From the NCBI GenBank assembly GCA_965197905.1, contig CBDAOB010000004.1, positions 128,001 to 192,000 on the forward strand: 64,000 nucleotides of DNA. The letters are read 5' to 3'. Position 1 is the first letter of the stretch; every line of letters begins with the position of its first letter. Positions 49,514-63,997 of the stretch are shown here, one piece after another. The position numbers and the translations under genes are program-made. This DNA is from Candidatus Latescibacterota bacterium (GTDB lineage: Bacteria > Latescibacterota > UBA2968 > UBA8231). Below the pieces are notes generated by a model. That model was given only the letters and a program-made list of their open reading frames with translations, was not told where the DNA came from and did not search any database.

Positions 49514-50701
49514 ATGAATCAAAACAAACTTGATCTACTGGATCTGCTGGCAACGTTAAACGCCGGTAAGCGCCTGATCCTGGGAAGCACGCTGGTTCTG
49601 TGTATTCTGGCCGGAGGAATCAGCTTCTTGCTGCCCAACGTGTACACTGCCGAGGTTCAGCTGCTGCCACCCAAAGAGCAGAAGAAGGGATTCGGGTTTG
49701 CCGATCTGCTTTCCGGCCTCCCCATACCGTCGCTGCACCTGGGCGAGAAGGGGACGCCGGCGGACATCTTTGTGGCGATCTTGAAGAGTCCCACCATGAG
49801 AAGGCGTTTGGTCCAGGATTTTGATCTGATGGGTGTCTACGAGGCGGATCTGATCACCGATGCGATCGAAATACTTAAAGATAATACCGATATCGGCAAG
49901 AGCGAACAGGGCACGATTCTGATAAAAGTGGCGGACCGCGATCCCCGGAGAGCGACCGACATGGCGAACCACTACGTGGTGCTGCTGGACAGTACCAACA
50001 AGAGTTTTACGCAATCCTCTGCTCAGGAGCGTTACGACTTCATCCAGAAGCTGATTCGCCGAGAGGAGGAGAAGCTCGACAAAGCCATGGATGAGCTGCA
50101 GCGATTCCAGGCGGAACACAACGCCATCTCCATCGAAGAGCAGGCAAGATCGGTTATTCGCGCTGCCGCCGAGATGCAGATGGCGGCTATGGAACTTTTG
50201 ATCGGCCGCAACAGCCTGCTGCTTTCCGGCTTTTCCATGACCCATCCCCAGGTCCAGAAACTGGAGCAGGAGTTTAACCTTCGTCAGGAAGCGCTGGCGT
50301 TTCTGCGCGACGGCGCCAACGATTCGAAAGACGTCAGAAGCAAGATTGCCGCGGAACTGCAGTTGGAGGAAAACCTGTTCCTGCCGCTGCGGGACATCCC
50401 CGAGGTCGCCCAACAGTTTGCCCTCGTCGAGAAGGATGTCCTCGTCCAGGCGGCGCTCCTAAAGCTGCTGTTGGAGCAGGAAGCGGAAGCTCTCATCGAG
50501 GCCAGCAACACTACCTCGACGGTGCAGGTGCTGGATCCAGCTACGGTCCCGGAAGAGAAATCCCATCCGAGCCGCATGTTGATCGTTTTCATCACTGCCA
50601 TTCTGAGTCTATTGGCCACCACGTTCTACCTTTTCGGTGCGGTTTATATGCAGAGCCTAAAGGCGCGCTGGCGGGCAGATTACCAGGGAGAACGGTCCTA
50701 G
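49514..50701 (+). CDS. Polysaccharide co-polymerase (Wzz/GumC-like)
   Basis: N- and C-terminal TM helices, coiled-coil core, VQVLDPATVP..KS.P.R. Confidence 0.85.
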   Translation: MNQNKLDLLDLLATLNAGKRLILGSTLVLCILAGGISFLLPNVYTAEVQLLPPKEQKKGFGFADLLSGLPIPSLHLGEKGTPADIFVAILKSPTMRRRLVQDFDLMGVYEADLITDAIEILKDNTDIGKSEQGTILIKVADRDPRRATDMANHYVVLLDSTNKSFTQSSAQERYDFIQKLIRREEEKLDKAMDELQRFQAEHNAISIEEQARSVIRAAAEMQMAAMELLIGRNSLLLSGFSMTHPQVQKLEQEFNLRQEALAFLRDGANDSKDVRSKIAAELQLEENLFLPLRDIPEVAQQFALVEKDVLVQAALLKLLLEQEAEALIEASNTTSTVQVLDPATVPEEKSHPSRMLIVFITAILSLLATTFYLFGAVYMQSLKARWRADYQGERS

Positions 50702-50705
50702 GCCG

Positions 50706-51149
50706 GTGCAAGACATACGCGTACTGCTAACACGGGCGAGCGAGAATCCGGTGCCGGCCTACGAAACGATTGATAGCGCCGGTATGGATCTCCGGGCACA
50801 TCTAGCGGCACCGCTGAAGATTGGTCCTGGAGAACGGGCACTGATTCCCACCGGACTGCACATGGAGATTCCCCGCGGTTACGAGGGACAGGTGCGACCG
50901 CGCAGCGGTTTGGCGCTCAAGCGTGGGCTCACCGTGCTCAACGCCCCAGGAACCATAGATGCCGATTACCGTGGCGAGGTGGGTGTCATTCTGATCAACC
51001 ACTCGGCAGAACCTCAGTCCATCGAGCACGGCGATCGGATCGCCCAACTGGTGATCGCGGCTGTAGTTCAGGCGGAGATGCTGGAAGTGGACAAACTGGC
51101 TGACACCGACCGTGGCGTGGGAGGATTCGGATCGACGGGACAACGGTGA
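50706..51149 (+). CDS. dut: dUTP diphosphatase
   Basis: AGMDL, RPRSGLA, GTIDADYRGE, RIAQ, RG.GGFGSTG. Confidence 0.97.
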   Translation: MQDIRVLLTRASENPVPAYETIDSAGMDLRAHLAAPLKIGPGERALIPTGLHMEIPRGYEGQVRPRSGLALKRGLTVLNAPGTIDADYRGEVGVILINHSAEPQSIEHGDRIAQLVIAAVVQAEMLEVDKLADTDRGVGGFGSTGQR

Positions 51150-52875
51150 AGCGCTGTTTCTCAAAAAAATATCTGCTCGCCCTGGGCGCGGTTCTGCCGG
51201 TGTCGATCGGACCGTTATTCGCCGCTGACATAAGTGGATTCGTGCGCGACCAAAGCAACGGCGAAAGCCTGCCTTTTGTCAGCGTTTACCTCCAGGGAGA
51301 ACAGCACGGCGGAATCAGCAACGAGAGTGGCTACTATGCGATAACGAGGATCCCGCCGGGACGTTACACCATGGCGGCTTCGATGGTCGGATACAAGACC
51401 TTCAAGAAGGAAGTCGATCTGGGCACCGGCGACCTGGTGCTCGACCTGCTGCTCTCCGAAGAAGCGATCGAGTTGGAGACGGTGGTCGTCGAAGCGGAGC
51501 GGGAGGAGATAGAGAGCTTCGATATCAGCCCGGGGCGAACGGTCCTGCAGGTGAAGGAGCTCAAGGCGGCTCCCGCAGCGATAGAAGCCGACCCGATTCG
51601 CACGATTCAAACCTTGCCCGGGGTGGCGGCGCTCTCTGATTTTTCGGTCGGTCTCTATGTCCGCGGGGGAACACCCGACCAGAATCTCGTGCTGCTGGAC
51701 GGCACCGACGTCTACAACGCCTCCCATCTCTTCGGCCTGTTCAGCACCTTTCCCGCCGATGCGGCGAAAAGCACCGAGCTGTTGCGCGGTGGGTTTCCGG
51801 CGAAATACGGCGGCCGTCTCTCTTCGGTCTTGAACGTACTAACGGATGAGGGCAACAAGCAGAAATTCGAGGCCGAAGGCGGGGTCAGTCTTCTCAGCTC
51901 GCGACTGACGGTGCAAGGTCCGGCGGGCAAGGGATCGTGGCTCGTTTCCGGTCGGCGCACCCATCTGGACCCGCTGCTCTCCTACGCCGAGGGGCAGTCC
52001 GACGATCTGGCCAATCTCACCTACAACTTCTTCGACCTTCAGGGAAAAACCCACCAGATCCTGTCCCATAACGATCAGCTGACCGTGGCGGGATACGCCG
52101 GCCGCGACAATCTCAACATTCGTATTCTCGAATTCGAGCCTTGGCGGATTCAACCGCCGGGCCCAGTGCCGCCAACCACTTCATCGCGGGGCTCGAGACC
52201 GAACGGTTCGGATTGAACTTCGATGTGGAGCTCTACTACAAGGACTACGAAGAGCTCTACGAGCTGAACTACGACGAGCAGAACTCCACCGAGATCGGAG
52301 ATATTCTGCGACGGGGGGACGGCGAGGCGTACGGATTCGACGCGCTGATCAAAAAGAGAGCCGGAAAACAGACCGGTTGGGTCTCTTTTTCGGTAGGTTT
52401 GAGCGAACGCACAATCGAGGGGCTGAACCGGAACGCCACGGGAGTGGAGAAGCCGTTCAAATCGAAATTCGATCGCAGATTCTCGCTCAACATAGTGCAT
52501 TCGTGGCGGCTTGGCCGGCTGTGGGCGCTCAACAGCAGATTCGCGCTCGCCTCAGGCCAGCCTTACACCCAGGTCCTTGGTCGCGGGGAGTTGGAAGTGC
52601 CCTCCGGTTTTCGTTACACCTTCCAGGACAAAGGCGACTTGAACGGCGTTCGGCTCCCCGACTACCGGCGCCTGGACATCTCGCTTCAGCGTCGCTTCGA
52701 ATTCCAAAATTGGGGAATGAAACTCTACCTGCAGGCGGTAAACGTCACGAACCATGAGAACATCTTCAATTACTACTGGAGTGAAGGCAATATCGAAAAA
52801 CGCAAGCCCGGGAAGCGACGGGAGATCTCCATGTTGCCGCTGCTGCCGAGTCTTGGTGTGGACTTCAAATTTTGA
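51146..52875 (+). pseudogene. TonB-dependent receptor-like outer membrane protein, frameshifted and apparently internally deleted near 52130
   Basis: N-terminal beta-sandwich + plug (VRGGTPDQN, GGRLSS) in 51146-52216; barrel end with terminal F in 52141-52875 in another frame. Confidence 0.7.
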
Positions 52876-52885
52876 GAGGCCATCG

Positions 52886-54016
52886 ATGATGGGTCGCCTA
52901 ACACCGTTGCTTCTTATGTGCACGATTTTTTCGGCGTGCAGCAAGCCGAATGAAGTCGAAAACGCGGACCAAACGGTTGTTGTCGAAGCCTACCTTACAC
53001 CGGGGCGCGACCCGCTGGTGAAGTTGCGCAACACCCTGCCGCCAGAGCAGTTCTTCGAGGGGCTCGAGGATACCCTCGCGGAGGCTGAGGTGAGAATCCT
53101 GGTGGACGATCAGACCTTTGTCCTGTCCGAAATGCCGGCGGGTTCGGGGTTGTATTCCATTTCGTCCTCCACGCTGCCTATCGAGTCCGGAAAGACCTAC
53201 GCCCTAGAAGTTGATTCTCCGGATTCCCCTCAGGTGCGCGCCCGGACGACCGTTCCGTTCACCGCTGAGGTGACCGTCGTCGTTGGAGACACCATTACCT
53301 ACCAGCAGTCCTTTTCGGAAGGATTTGGCAATCTGCAGCATCCGGGGGAATTTTTCTGGAACAAGAGCGAAAATGCGGCAGGTTACGTTATCATCGTGGA
53401 AGCGGTGGAGGTCAGGTCGCTGCCGATTTCAGCCGAGCCGCTCACCGCCGATCTCGATAGTCTGGTTGCCCTCAGGGAACGACTGGAGGGTTTGGCGAGC
53501 GCCGATTCCCTGGCGGCGTTGGATCGGCAGATCGAAGCGTTGCGGCGGTTTTTTGATGAAAACATTTCGTTGGTGCGCGCCAACGGCGACACCATCCGCT
53601 GGCTACGCGACCGGCAACAGGAGGATTGGGACGATATCGAGGGTAAAAACTCGACGGAGGGTAAGAAGTGGAGGGATCGGCGTGGCCATCTGTTTAGTCA
53701 GCGCAAGATCGACTACTGGGTTCCGGTAGACACGCTGCGCAGCGACTTCTGGTGGTTGGGGGTTCGGTTCGAAGGCGAATACCAGGTCCGACTGCAGTCG
53801 GTTGACCAGAACTATTTCGACTATTTTTCGACTTTTTTCAACGGCGAATCGGGCAACGACGGCGACAACGGCCCGGTGTTCCACGTGGAGGGTGGATTGG
53901 GCGTGTTCGGCTCTTATGCTGAAGACAGCTTCCGCGTCTGGACTCGCAGGGGAGAGAATGGACTAACGATGAAGATCGTGACGGAAGAGGCTGCGGATCG
54001 GGCTAACCGCCGCTGA
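52886..54016 (+). CDS. Lipoprotein, DUF4249-like partner of the TonB receptor
   Basis: Lipobox-like FSAC, VVEAYL, YFDY, HVEGGLGVFGS. Confidence 0.7.
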   Translation: MMGRLTPLLLMCTIFSACSKPNEVENADQTVVVEAYLTPGRDPLVKLRNTLPPEQFFEGLEDTLAEAEVRILVDDQTFVLSEMPAGSGLYSISSSTLPIESGKTYALEVDSPDSPQVRARTTVPFTAEVTVVVGDTITYQQSFSEGFGNLQHPGEFFWNKSENAAGYVIIVEAVEVRSLPISAEPLTADLDSLVALRERLEGLASADSLAALDRQIEALRRFFDENISLVRANGDTIRWLRDRQQEDWDDIEGKNSTEGKKWRDRRGHLFSQRKIDYWVPVDTLRSDFWWLGVRFEGEYQVRLQSVDQNYFDYFSTFFNGESGNDGDNGPVFHVEGGLGVFGSYAEDSFRVWTRRGENGLTMKIVTEEAADRANRR

Positions 54017-54266
54017 TAGCTGGAAGGAAGTGAACCTCGCTGTTACTGGGAACCTTGCGTCTCATGCCCTCGTTGTTGACCTCTCCGTCTACCGCCACGG
54101 CCATCCCTGGTTTCAAACGATCATCCTCGCATAACCTGTCTTTGAAACCGGGATACGTTGCTTCCAGCTCTTCGATGATCTGGCGCACCGTCTCACCTTC
54201 AACCTCAACCTGGGCGTTCCCACCGGTAAGTTTCTGCATAAGCGAGGGTACCCAGACCGTCGGCAT
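54003..54266 (-). CDS. MoaD/ThiS-family sulfur carrier
   Basis: Ubiquitin-like size, C-terminal ISGG. Confidence 0.85.
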   Translation of the reverse strand: MPTVWVPSLMQKLTGGNAQVEVEGETVRQIIEELEATYPGFKDRLCEDDRLKPGMAVAVDGEVNNEGMRRKVPSNSEVHFLPAISGG

Positions 54267-54270
54267 CTCA

Positions 54271-56565
54271 TTATCCGGCTGCGATAGCCTCCGTGGTTTG
54301 CTTCTGCTGCAACGCTGCAAGAAGGCGATCCGGCCGCATCGGCAGTTCGTCTAGGTGCACGCCCACAGCATCGTTGATTGCGTTGCAAACGGCAGCCGGC
54401 GGCGGAACGATGTTCGCCTCTCCCACTCCCCGAACCCCGAACGGATGAGTCGGGTTGGGCACCTCCACGATAACCGTCTCGATCATCGGCAGATCCAAAG
54501 AGGTGGGAATGCGGTAGTCGAGAAAGGTAGAGTTGACCATGATGCCTTCCTCGTTGTAGAAGTACTCTTCATTCAGCGCCCAACCGATGCCCTGCACCGA
54601 CCCCCCCTGCATTTGACCCTCAACGTAGCTCGGATGGATCGCCGTGCCCGCGTCCTGAATAGCGGTGAATCGGATGATAGAGGTCTTGCCGGTTTCCGGA
54701 TCTACTTCCACGTCGGCGATGTTGGCGGCAAACGATCCGCCGGCGGTCAGGAAACCTGAGTCCACCGTGCCGTTCCCGACCACGGGGCCGCCGGTCTCTT
54801 CCAGCTCGCCCGCAAGTTCCTTGAAGTTGAGTTTCTTGCTCGAATCGCTCTTGTGCGTGAACAGCCCATCACGAAATTCGACCTCGTCTTCTCCGGCCTC
54901 CCATAACTTCGCCGCACGCTCCAGCATCTGCCGCTTGACGTCGTGAGCGGCGTTGTAGGCCGCCCAGCCGGTGGCGTAGGTCGTCCGGCTTCCTCCAGTG
55001 ACGTCGGTATAGCCGACCGAGCTCGTATCAGCCACTTGAGGGATGATATCCTCCGATTCCAGGCCCAAAACCTCGGCGAACTGCATGGAGATGGAGGTCC
55101 GGGTGCCGCCGATGTCCGTCGAACCCTCCACCAGATTCACTGAACCATCCTTGTTGACGCTGGCGGAAACTGCAGACTTGAGCCCCACGTTGAACCAGTA
55201 TCCCACGGCGATGCCGCGGCCCTGGTTCTTGCCCAGCGGGGCTTTATAATGATCGCTGTCGCGGATAACCTCCAGGGCCTCCACACATCCGATTCTCGAA
55301 TAGACGATCCCGTCAACCCGTCGGGTGCCCTCCTTCGCAGCATTCTTGAGGCGAATCTCCAACGGATCCATGTCCAGCTTCGCCGCCAGCTCGTCCATGA
55401 CGGTCTCGGTGGCAAAGGCGACCTGGGTCGACACCGGTGCCCGGTAGGCAAAACTGCGCGGTTTGTTGACGACCACGTCGTAACCGTCGATGGTGCCGTT
55501 GGGCACGTCGTAGCAAGAGAGCACGCACATGACACCGCAATTGAAGGGTGACCCGGGATAGGCGCCAGATTCGATGGCGAGATACGCTTCGGCGGCTACA
55601 ATCTTGCCTTCTCGATCCGCACCTATCTTTACGCGCACGTATGACCCGGGTGTGGGACCTGTGCCTTCGAAGACATCCGCCCGCGTCATGATCAACTTGA
55701 CGGGATGACCGGTTTTGCGCGACAACACGGCGGCAGGCGGTTCCAGGTAAACCGGTATCTTACCACCGAATCCGCCCCCGATCTCCGCAGGAATTACCTT
55801 GATCTTCGACACCGGATGACCGAGGATCGCGCCGGTCTGCTTCTGGGCGACGAACGCCCCCTGTGTGCTGGTCCAGATGGTCAGCTGGCCATCCGGATTC
55901 CACATGGCCGTGGCGTTGTGAGGTTCGATGTACCCCTGGTGGACCGTTGCCGATTCCACCTCCCGTTCGGCGATCACGTGCGCTTGGGCGAATGCCGTGC
56001 CCGGATCACCCAATTTGTGATGGATGTGCTGCGCTACGTTGCTCTTCTTCCCGGTGTCCTCATCCCCCTCCTTTGTGGTGAGGTCCTCGTGCACCAACGT
56101 CGCTCCCTCCTTCATCGCATCGTGCACGTTGACCACCGGCGGCAGCACCTCGTAATCCACCTCGATCAGGGAAACGGCTTCGTCGGCGATATGGGGGTTG
56201 ATGGCGGCGACCGCGGCGATGGCGTGGCCACGGTAGAGCGCCTTGTCGGAAGCGAGGACATTGTCCCGCATGAATTTAAGCCGCGCCGGTCCCTCGCCCA
56301 GGTCGACAATCTCCTCCCCCTGTATGGGCGGCAGGTCGGCATTGGTGACCACCGCCTTAACTCCGGCAAGGGCTTCGGCTTTACCGGTGTTGATTGACTT
56401 GATCCTCGCATGGGCATGGGGACTACGCAAGACGGCCCCATACAGCATGTTGGTCAAACGAACATCACCGCCGTAGACCGCCCTTCCAGTCACCTTGTCG
56501 GCGCCGTCGTGTCGAAGAGGCCGCGTCCCGATAACCTTGTATTTGCCGTTTCCGTTGTTTGGCAT
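54271..56565 (-). CDS. Xanthine dehydrogenase/CoxL-family molybdopterin-binding subunit
   Basis: KVTG, RSPHAHARI, IGGGFGGK, AYRAP, EGQMQGG..QG.G, RGVGE; ATG 56565 after AAGGAGG. Confidence 0.9.
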   Translation of the reverse strand: MPNNGNGKYKVIGTRPLRHDGADKVTGRAVYGGDVRLTNMLYGAVLRSPHAHARIKSINTGKAEALAGVKAVVTNADLPPIQGEEIVDLGEGPARLKFMRDNVLASDKALYRGHAIAAVAAINPHIADEAVSLIEVDYEVLPPVVNVHDAMKEGATLVHEDLTTKEGDEDTGKKSNVAQHIHHKLGDPGTAFAQAHVIAEREVESATVHQGYIEPHNATAMWNPDGQLTIWTSTQGAFVAQKQTGAILGHPVSKIKVIPAEIGGGFGGKIPVYLEPPAAVLSRKTGHPVKLIMTRADVFEGTGPTPGSYVRVKIGADREGKIVAAEAYLAIESGAYPGSPFNCGVMCVLSCYDVPNGTIDGYDVVVNKPRSFAYRAPVSTQVAFATETVMDELAAKLDMDPLEIRLKNAAKEGTRRVDGIVYSRIGCVEALEVIRDSDHYKAPLGKNQGRGIAVGYWFNVGLKSAVSASVNKDGSVNLVEGSTDIGGTRTSISMQFAEVLGLESEDIIPQVADTSSVGYTDVTGGSRTTYATGWAAYNAAHDVKRQMLERAAKLWEAGEDEVEFRDGLFTHKSDSSKKLNFKELAGELEETGGPVVGNGTVDSGFLTAGGSFAANIADVEVDPETGKTSIIRFTAIQDAGTAIHPSYVEGQMQGGSVQGIGWALNEEYFYNEEGIMVNSTFLDYRIPTSLDLPMIETVIVEVPNPTHPFGVRGVGEANIVPPPAAVCNAINDAVGVHLDELPMRPDRLLAALQQKQTTEAIAAG

Positions 56566-56625
56566 GTTCTCCTCCTTGCTCACAGTCGTTCCGTTGGGAG
56601 ATGGATCGGTATTCGCGTCGTCGGC

Positions 56626-57090
56626 TCAAGCTTGAGCTGCATCGAGCACCGCCCGGACGATCTTGTCATAACCGGTGCAGCGGCAAAGATTGCCCGCCAG
56701 CCAATGGCGGACATCGTGCTCGGTGGGATCGGGTTTGTGGTCGAGCAGCGCCTTGGAGGCCACGAGAAATCCGGGCGTGCAAATGCCGCATTGAAGTCCG
56801 GCATGCTCGAGAAACTTCTGTTGTAGGGGTATTAGTCCATCGGGCGTGGCCAGGCCTTCGACCGTCGTGATTTCACTGCCCTCCGCCTCCACTCCAAGGA
56901 CGAGACAGGTGTCGACGATTACTCCATCCATGATGGCGGTACAGGCGCCACAGTTGCCGTCGTTGCACCCTTCCTTTGTGCCGGTGAATCCCAGTTCTTC
57001 ACGCAGCACCTCAAGCAGGCTTTGCCGGGATTCACAGAGGAACTCCACCTCTTCTCCGTTGATCTTTGTGTGAACGTGCAGTTTGCTCAT
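56626..57090 (-). CDS. 2Fe-2S subunit (CoxS-like)
   Basis: GCNDGNCGAC, QCGICTPG, NLCRCTGY. Confidence 0.92.
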   Translation of the reverse strand: MSKLHVHTKINGEEVEFLCESRQSLLEVLREELGFTGTKEGCNDGNCGACTAIMDGVIVDTCLVLGVEAEGSEITTVEGLATPDGLIPLQQKFLEHAGLQCGICTPGFLVASKALLDHKPDPTEHDVRHWLAGNLCRCTGYDKIVRAVLDAAQA

Positions 57091-57108
57091 TGCTTGCTCC
57101 AGTCCTGG

Positions 57109-58020
57109 TCAGTTGCTAGTCGGCTCTTGCACGGCGTTCGGTACGAATTCACCCCGAGCCCTGCGCACGGCGCCACTCAACGCTCTTTTGGTGAGAACCC
57201 CTACCAGATGGGTTCTGTATTCTGCAGTGCCACGCATGTCGGATATCGGTCGGGCGGCGGACTTCGCGGCCTCGCCCGCCTGCTCGATCGCCTCATCGCT
57301 CACGGCGCGGCCCACGAGCAGATTCGCCGCTTCCTCTGCCACTACTGGGGTCGGCGCCACCGCCGCCAAGGCGATGCGGACGGTTTTGAAGTCCTTCTTC
57401 CGGTTCGCCAACTCCACGTAGGCGCCGGCGCCTACGACGGCGATATCCATCTCGTTCCGCGGAATAAAACGCAGGTAATGGGCGCCGGAAAACTTGCGAA
57501 CTGGCGGAAAGGTCACCGCCACGAGGAGCTCCCCCGGAGTCAGAATGTTCGTTCCCGGCCCGGTGCAGAACTCGGCGACCGGAACCTGGCGTTTTCCATT
57601 GGGACCTACGATCTCACAGGTGGCGCCGTATGCGATCATGGTGGGCGTGCTGTCGGCGCTGGGCGACGAATTGCACAGGTTTCCGCCAATGGTCGCCCGT
57701 CCTTGAATCTGAATGCCACCAATGATGGATGCCGAGTCGATCAGGCCTGGGTACCGTTCCACCACCTCAGGATCGTTGTAGAGGCGCCAGCATGGCACGG
57801 CCGCGCCCACGCGCAACCCGCGTTTGGGACCGTACGACAACTCGTTGACCTCTGGAATTTTCTTGACATCTACAACCCGTTCGGGTTGTAGGCGTTTAAT
57901 CCTCATCTGGACGATGAGATCGGTTCCTCCGGCGAGGACCCGGGCATTGCCGTTTTTCTCGGAAAGCTGGGCGATGGCCTCGCGGAGCGTTTTGGGGGTG
58001 ACGTACTCGAAGTCTTTCAA
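57109..58020 (-). CDS. FAD-binding subunit (CoxM-like)
   Basis: LAGGTDL, ATIGGN, SPSAD, PISDMRG..EYR. Confidence 0.92.
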   Translation of the reverse strand: MKDFEYVTPKTLREAIAQLSEKNGNARVLAGGTDLIVQMRIKRLQPERVVDVKKIPEVNELSYGPKRGLRVGAAVPCWRLYNDPEVVERYPGLIDSASIIGGIQIQGRATIGGNLCNSSPSADSTPTMIAYGATCEIVGPNGKRQVPVAEFCTGPGTNILTPGELLVAVTFPPVRKFSGAHYLRFIPRNEMDIAVVGAGAYVELANRKKDFKTVRIALAAVAPTPVVAEEAANLLVGRAVSDEAIEQAGEAAKSAARPISDMRGTAEYRTHLVGVLTKRALSGAVRRARGEFVPNAVQEPTSN

Positions 58021-58120
58021 GAAGTACCCGCTCTCGCTGCGTGGTTGAAGGGACTATTATAGGTTCGAAAAATGCAGCCTAAATAAGCTCAGCCAAGGGG
58101 GAGGTGTCAAGGGTTGGAGC

Positions 58121-61329
<3,209 letters not shown>

Positions 61330-61333
<4 letters not shown>

Positions 61334-62565
61334 AGAGCGGACTCCTCCGCCACGCGAACCTTCATTCCGTTGGTCACGGCGGTCAATTGGGAAACCACAA
61401 TCTTCTCACCCGGCTCCATGTCGATGCGCACGAGCATCTCTTCCTTGCTTGCGTGAGCTACCTGAACCGGACGTACGCGCAGGATCTGGCCCCCATCCAC
61501 CACCCAGACCAGGTTCCCAGGTCGCACCGCGCGGCGCGGTACGCGACGGACGTCGTCCACCTCTCGTCCCAGTATCTGGACGTCCACGAACATGCCAACG
61601 ATCAGCGGGGCAGAGTAGCTATCGTCGTACGGACGATCTATCTCAGCCACCAGGTGTACCATTCGACTCCTGGGATCCAGCTCCCCCTCGGCCCTTATCA
61701 AGCGCCCGTCCCATCGGTGCTCCTCGCCGGCGTACCAACCAGCAATGATTACATCGCTGCCGGTGTCGCCGACGGCGCCGACCGACGCCACCTCTGAGGT
61801 AGCATCGCCGAGCAGGCGCGATCTCCCCTCGCTGTGGGTTTTGGTTGGCACCTCGAACCAGGCCAGGTCCTCGTCCGGCACCGGCAACACGATTTCCGCC
61901 TTCTCGATGCTGTAGAGCTGTGCCACCGCCTGGCCGGTATTTACGAATTGGCCGGCATCTATGCGGCTGCTCCGCACGCGCCCATCGAAGGGTGCTTTGA
62001 GCCGGGTGCGCTGCAGTCGCAAACGCGCTTCCGCCAGCCGCGCCATGGCCGCTTTCAGGTCTGCCTCCGCTGCATGCAGCTGCGGCAGACGGAAGACCAG
62101 CGGGTTTGCGGCTTCCAGCGGTGCGTCGCCGTTTGTCGACAGCCGTTCCCACTCACGGCGCGCAACCTCCGATTCCTCTTTGGCGATGGCGAGGCGATAC
62201 TGGCTCTGGGCGACCTCCGCCTCTGAACGCTGCAGGGCGAGCTCGTACTCCTCCGGGTCTATCTGGACGAGAAGATCTCCTTTGGAGAAAAAGCCCCCCG
62301 CCTCCAACGCGTCGGACTTCCAAACCGCGACACCCGACACCTGGGGCACCAGATCGATCTGAGCGCTTGGTCGCACAGTGCCCTGGGCTTCGACGGTGAC
62401 ACGAACCGAAACCGCCGGAAATTTCAGGGCTTCCACCAACGGTCCGCTGTAGGCGCGGTCCACCCTCGCAGGTGCCTCGCTCATCGACAGCAAGAGTCGA
62501 AACACGACAAATCCCAGTATGAGAATACCCAAGGGCAACGCCCCCAACCGCACGATTCGTCTCAT
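61330..62565 (-). CDS. RND efflux membrane fusion protein
   Basis: N-terminal TM, PQVSG, APFDG lipoyl motifs, helical hairpin. Confidence 0.9.
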
Positions 62566-63997
62566 TCGGTTGACACCGGGGGTGCGTCTGCGAGGGAATC
62601 GAAGTCGCCTCCAAGGGCTAGGTGGAGATCGATGCGAGCGTCAATTTTTCTGCCGGCGTACCAGCAAGAGCTGACTATCGGCGTTGAACGCTCGGCGTTG
62701 TGCCTCCAACAGCGTCGTCATATCCTCCAGCCCTTGTCGATACCGTTCGGCTGCCAGCGTGTGGCCGGCCCCCGCCTCCGCCGCGGCCGAGCGCAACGAC
62801 ACTTCCTGCCGGGCGAGAAAATGCTCGGCGGCGAGGGCGGCTTCCACCTCACCGAAGGCGCGCAGAGCACTCTGCACAAACCGTATCAACGCCTGCTCTG
62901 AAGTGGCGCTTGCGAGGTCGACGCCTGCCCGTAGGCGGCCTCCCTGGAACAGGGGTTGGGTCAGGTTCGACACCAGATTCCAGACGGCGAAATCACCATC
63001 CAACAGATCCTTAAGCTCACTGCTCGAGCGTCCCCCGGAGGCGGTGAGACCGAGCCTGGGGTACAGCGCTCGACGGGCTTCCGTCACCCGGGCTCCCGCG
63101 GCGGCCAACCGTCTTTCCGCGGCGATCAGGTCCGGACGCCGGGAAATCAGGTCCGCCGGCAATCCTGCGGGGACCGCGGGCGGCAGCGACGGGAGGACTT
63201 CTCCAGTCCTGATGGTAGCCGAGGGATAACGCCCCAGAAGCAGTTCGAGCTGTCGCAATGCGGCGTCCCGCGCGCGCAGACGTTGCTGCAGCACCGCGGC
63301 GGCGGTCGCTTCGTTTGAGAGCGCCAGTCGTAGGTCGAGGGAGGGTCGCAGGCCGCGGCTGTAACGTTCGCGAATCTGTTCCGTGGCAAGGCGGAGATTT
63401 TCGACCGTGGACTCCGACAAGTGCACCTGTCCATTAGACTCAAGAGCGGCAAAAAAAACTCGAGCGGTTTGCGCAACCAGAGACAGGCGGGCCGCTTCCA
63501 TGTCTGCCAGGCTAGGCTTGAAGGTCGGCCAGCGCAGCTGACTTCCCTGCGCGAAGCCGGCCCCATAGATCGAGCTCCCAGCTCAAGTTGAGCGCAGCGC
63601 CATAGGTGCTGGTAGTCGAGCTCGGAACCTCGGTGCCGGCCCCTGGTATGGGAAAGCCGATAAAGTTCTGACGCCGGCGTGAGCCGTCGGCGTGGGCGCT
63701 CAAGTGAGGCAACAGGGCCGCTCCAGCGATGCGCGCCAGGGCTCCCGCGGCCTCGACGCGGGTTGCGGCAACCTGAAGGTCGTGATTTTGCTCGAGGGCT
63801 TCGGAGACATACGTGGCCAACACCGTGTCCCCAAAGGCCATCCACCAGTTGCCGGTTGCCGCGGTTGGTGCCGTGTCGCTTCCAGCCGCTGACCATTGTG
63901 CCGGGGGGTCCAGATTGAGAACGGGGATCGCCACCCTTGGAGCTGAACCGCAGGCCAGAAAGAGACAGGCGAGGACGGGATGAATCGTTTTCACCAA
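62562..63997 (-). pseudogene. Outer membrane efflux lipoprotein (NodT/TolC family) with two single-base frameshifts
   Basis: LAC lipobox, WELDLWGR, RRPD..AAE; +1 insertions near 63512 and in an A-run near 62645; corrected end LALGG...TGA overlaps the MFP ATG. Confidence 0.8.

Noticed and set aside
54271..58020. Aerobic CO dehydrogenase call
   Set aside because: The active-site loop is AYRAP, not AYxCSFR or AYxGAGR.
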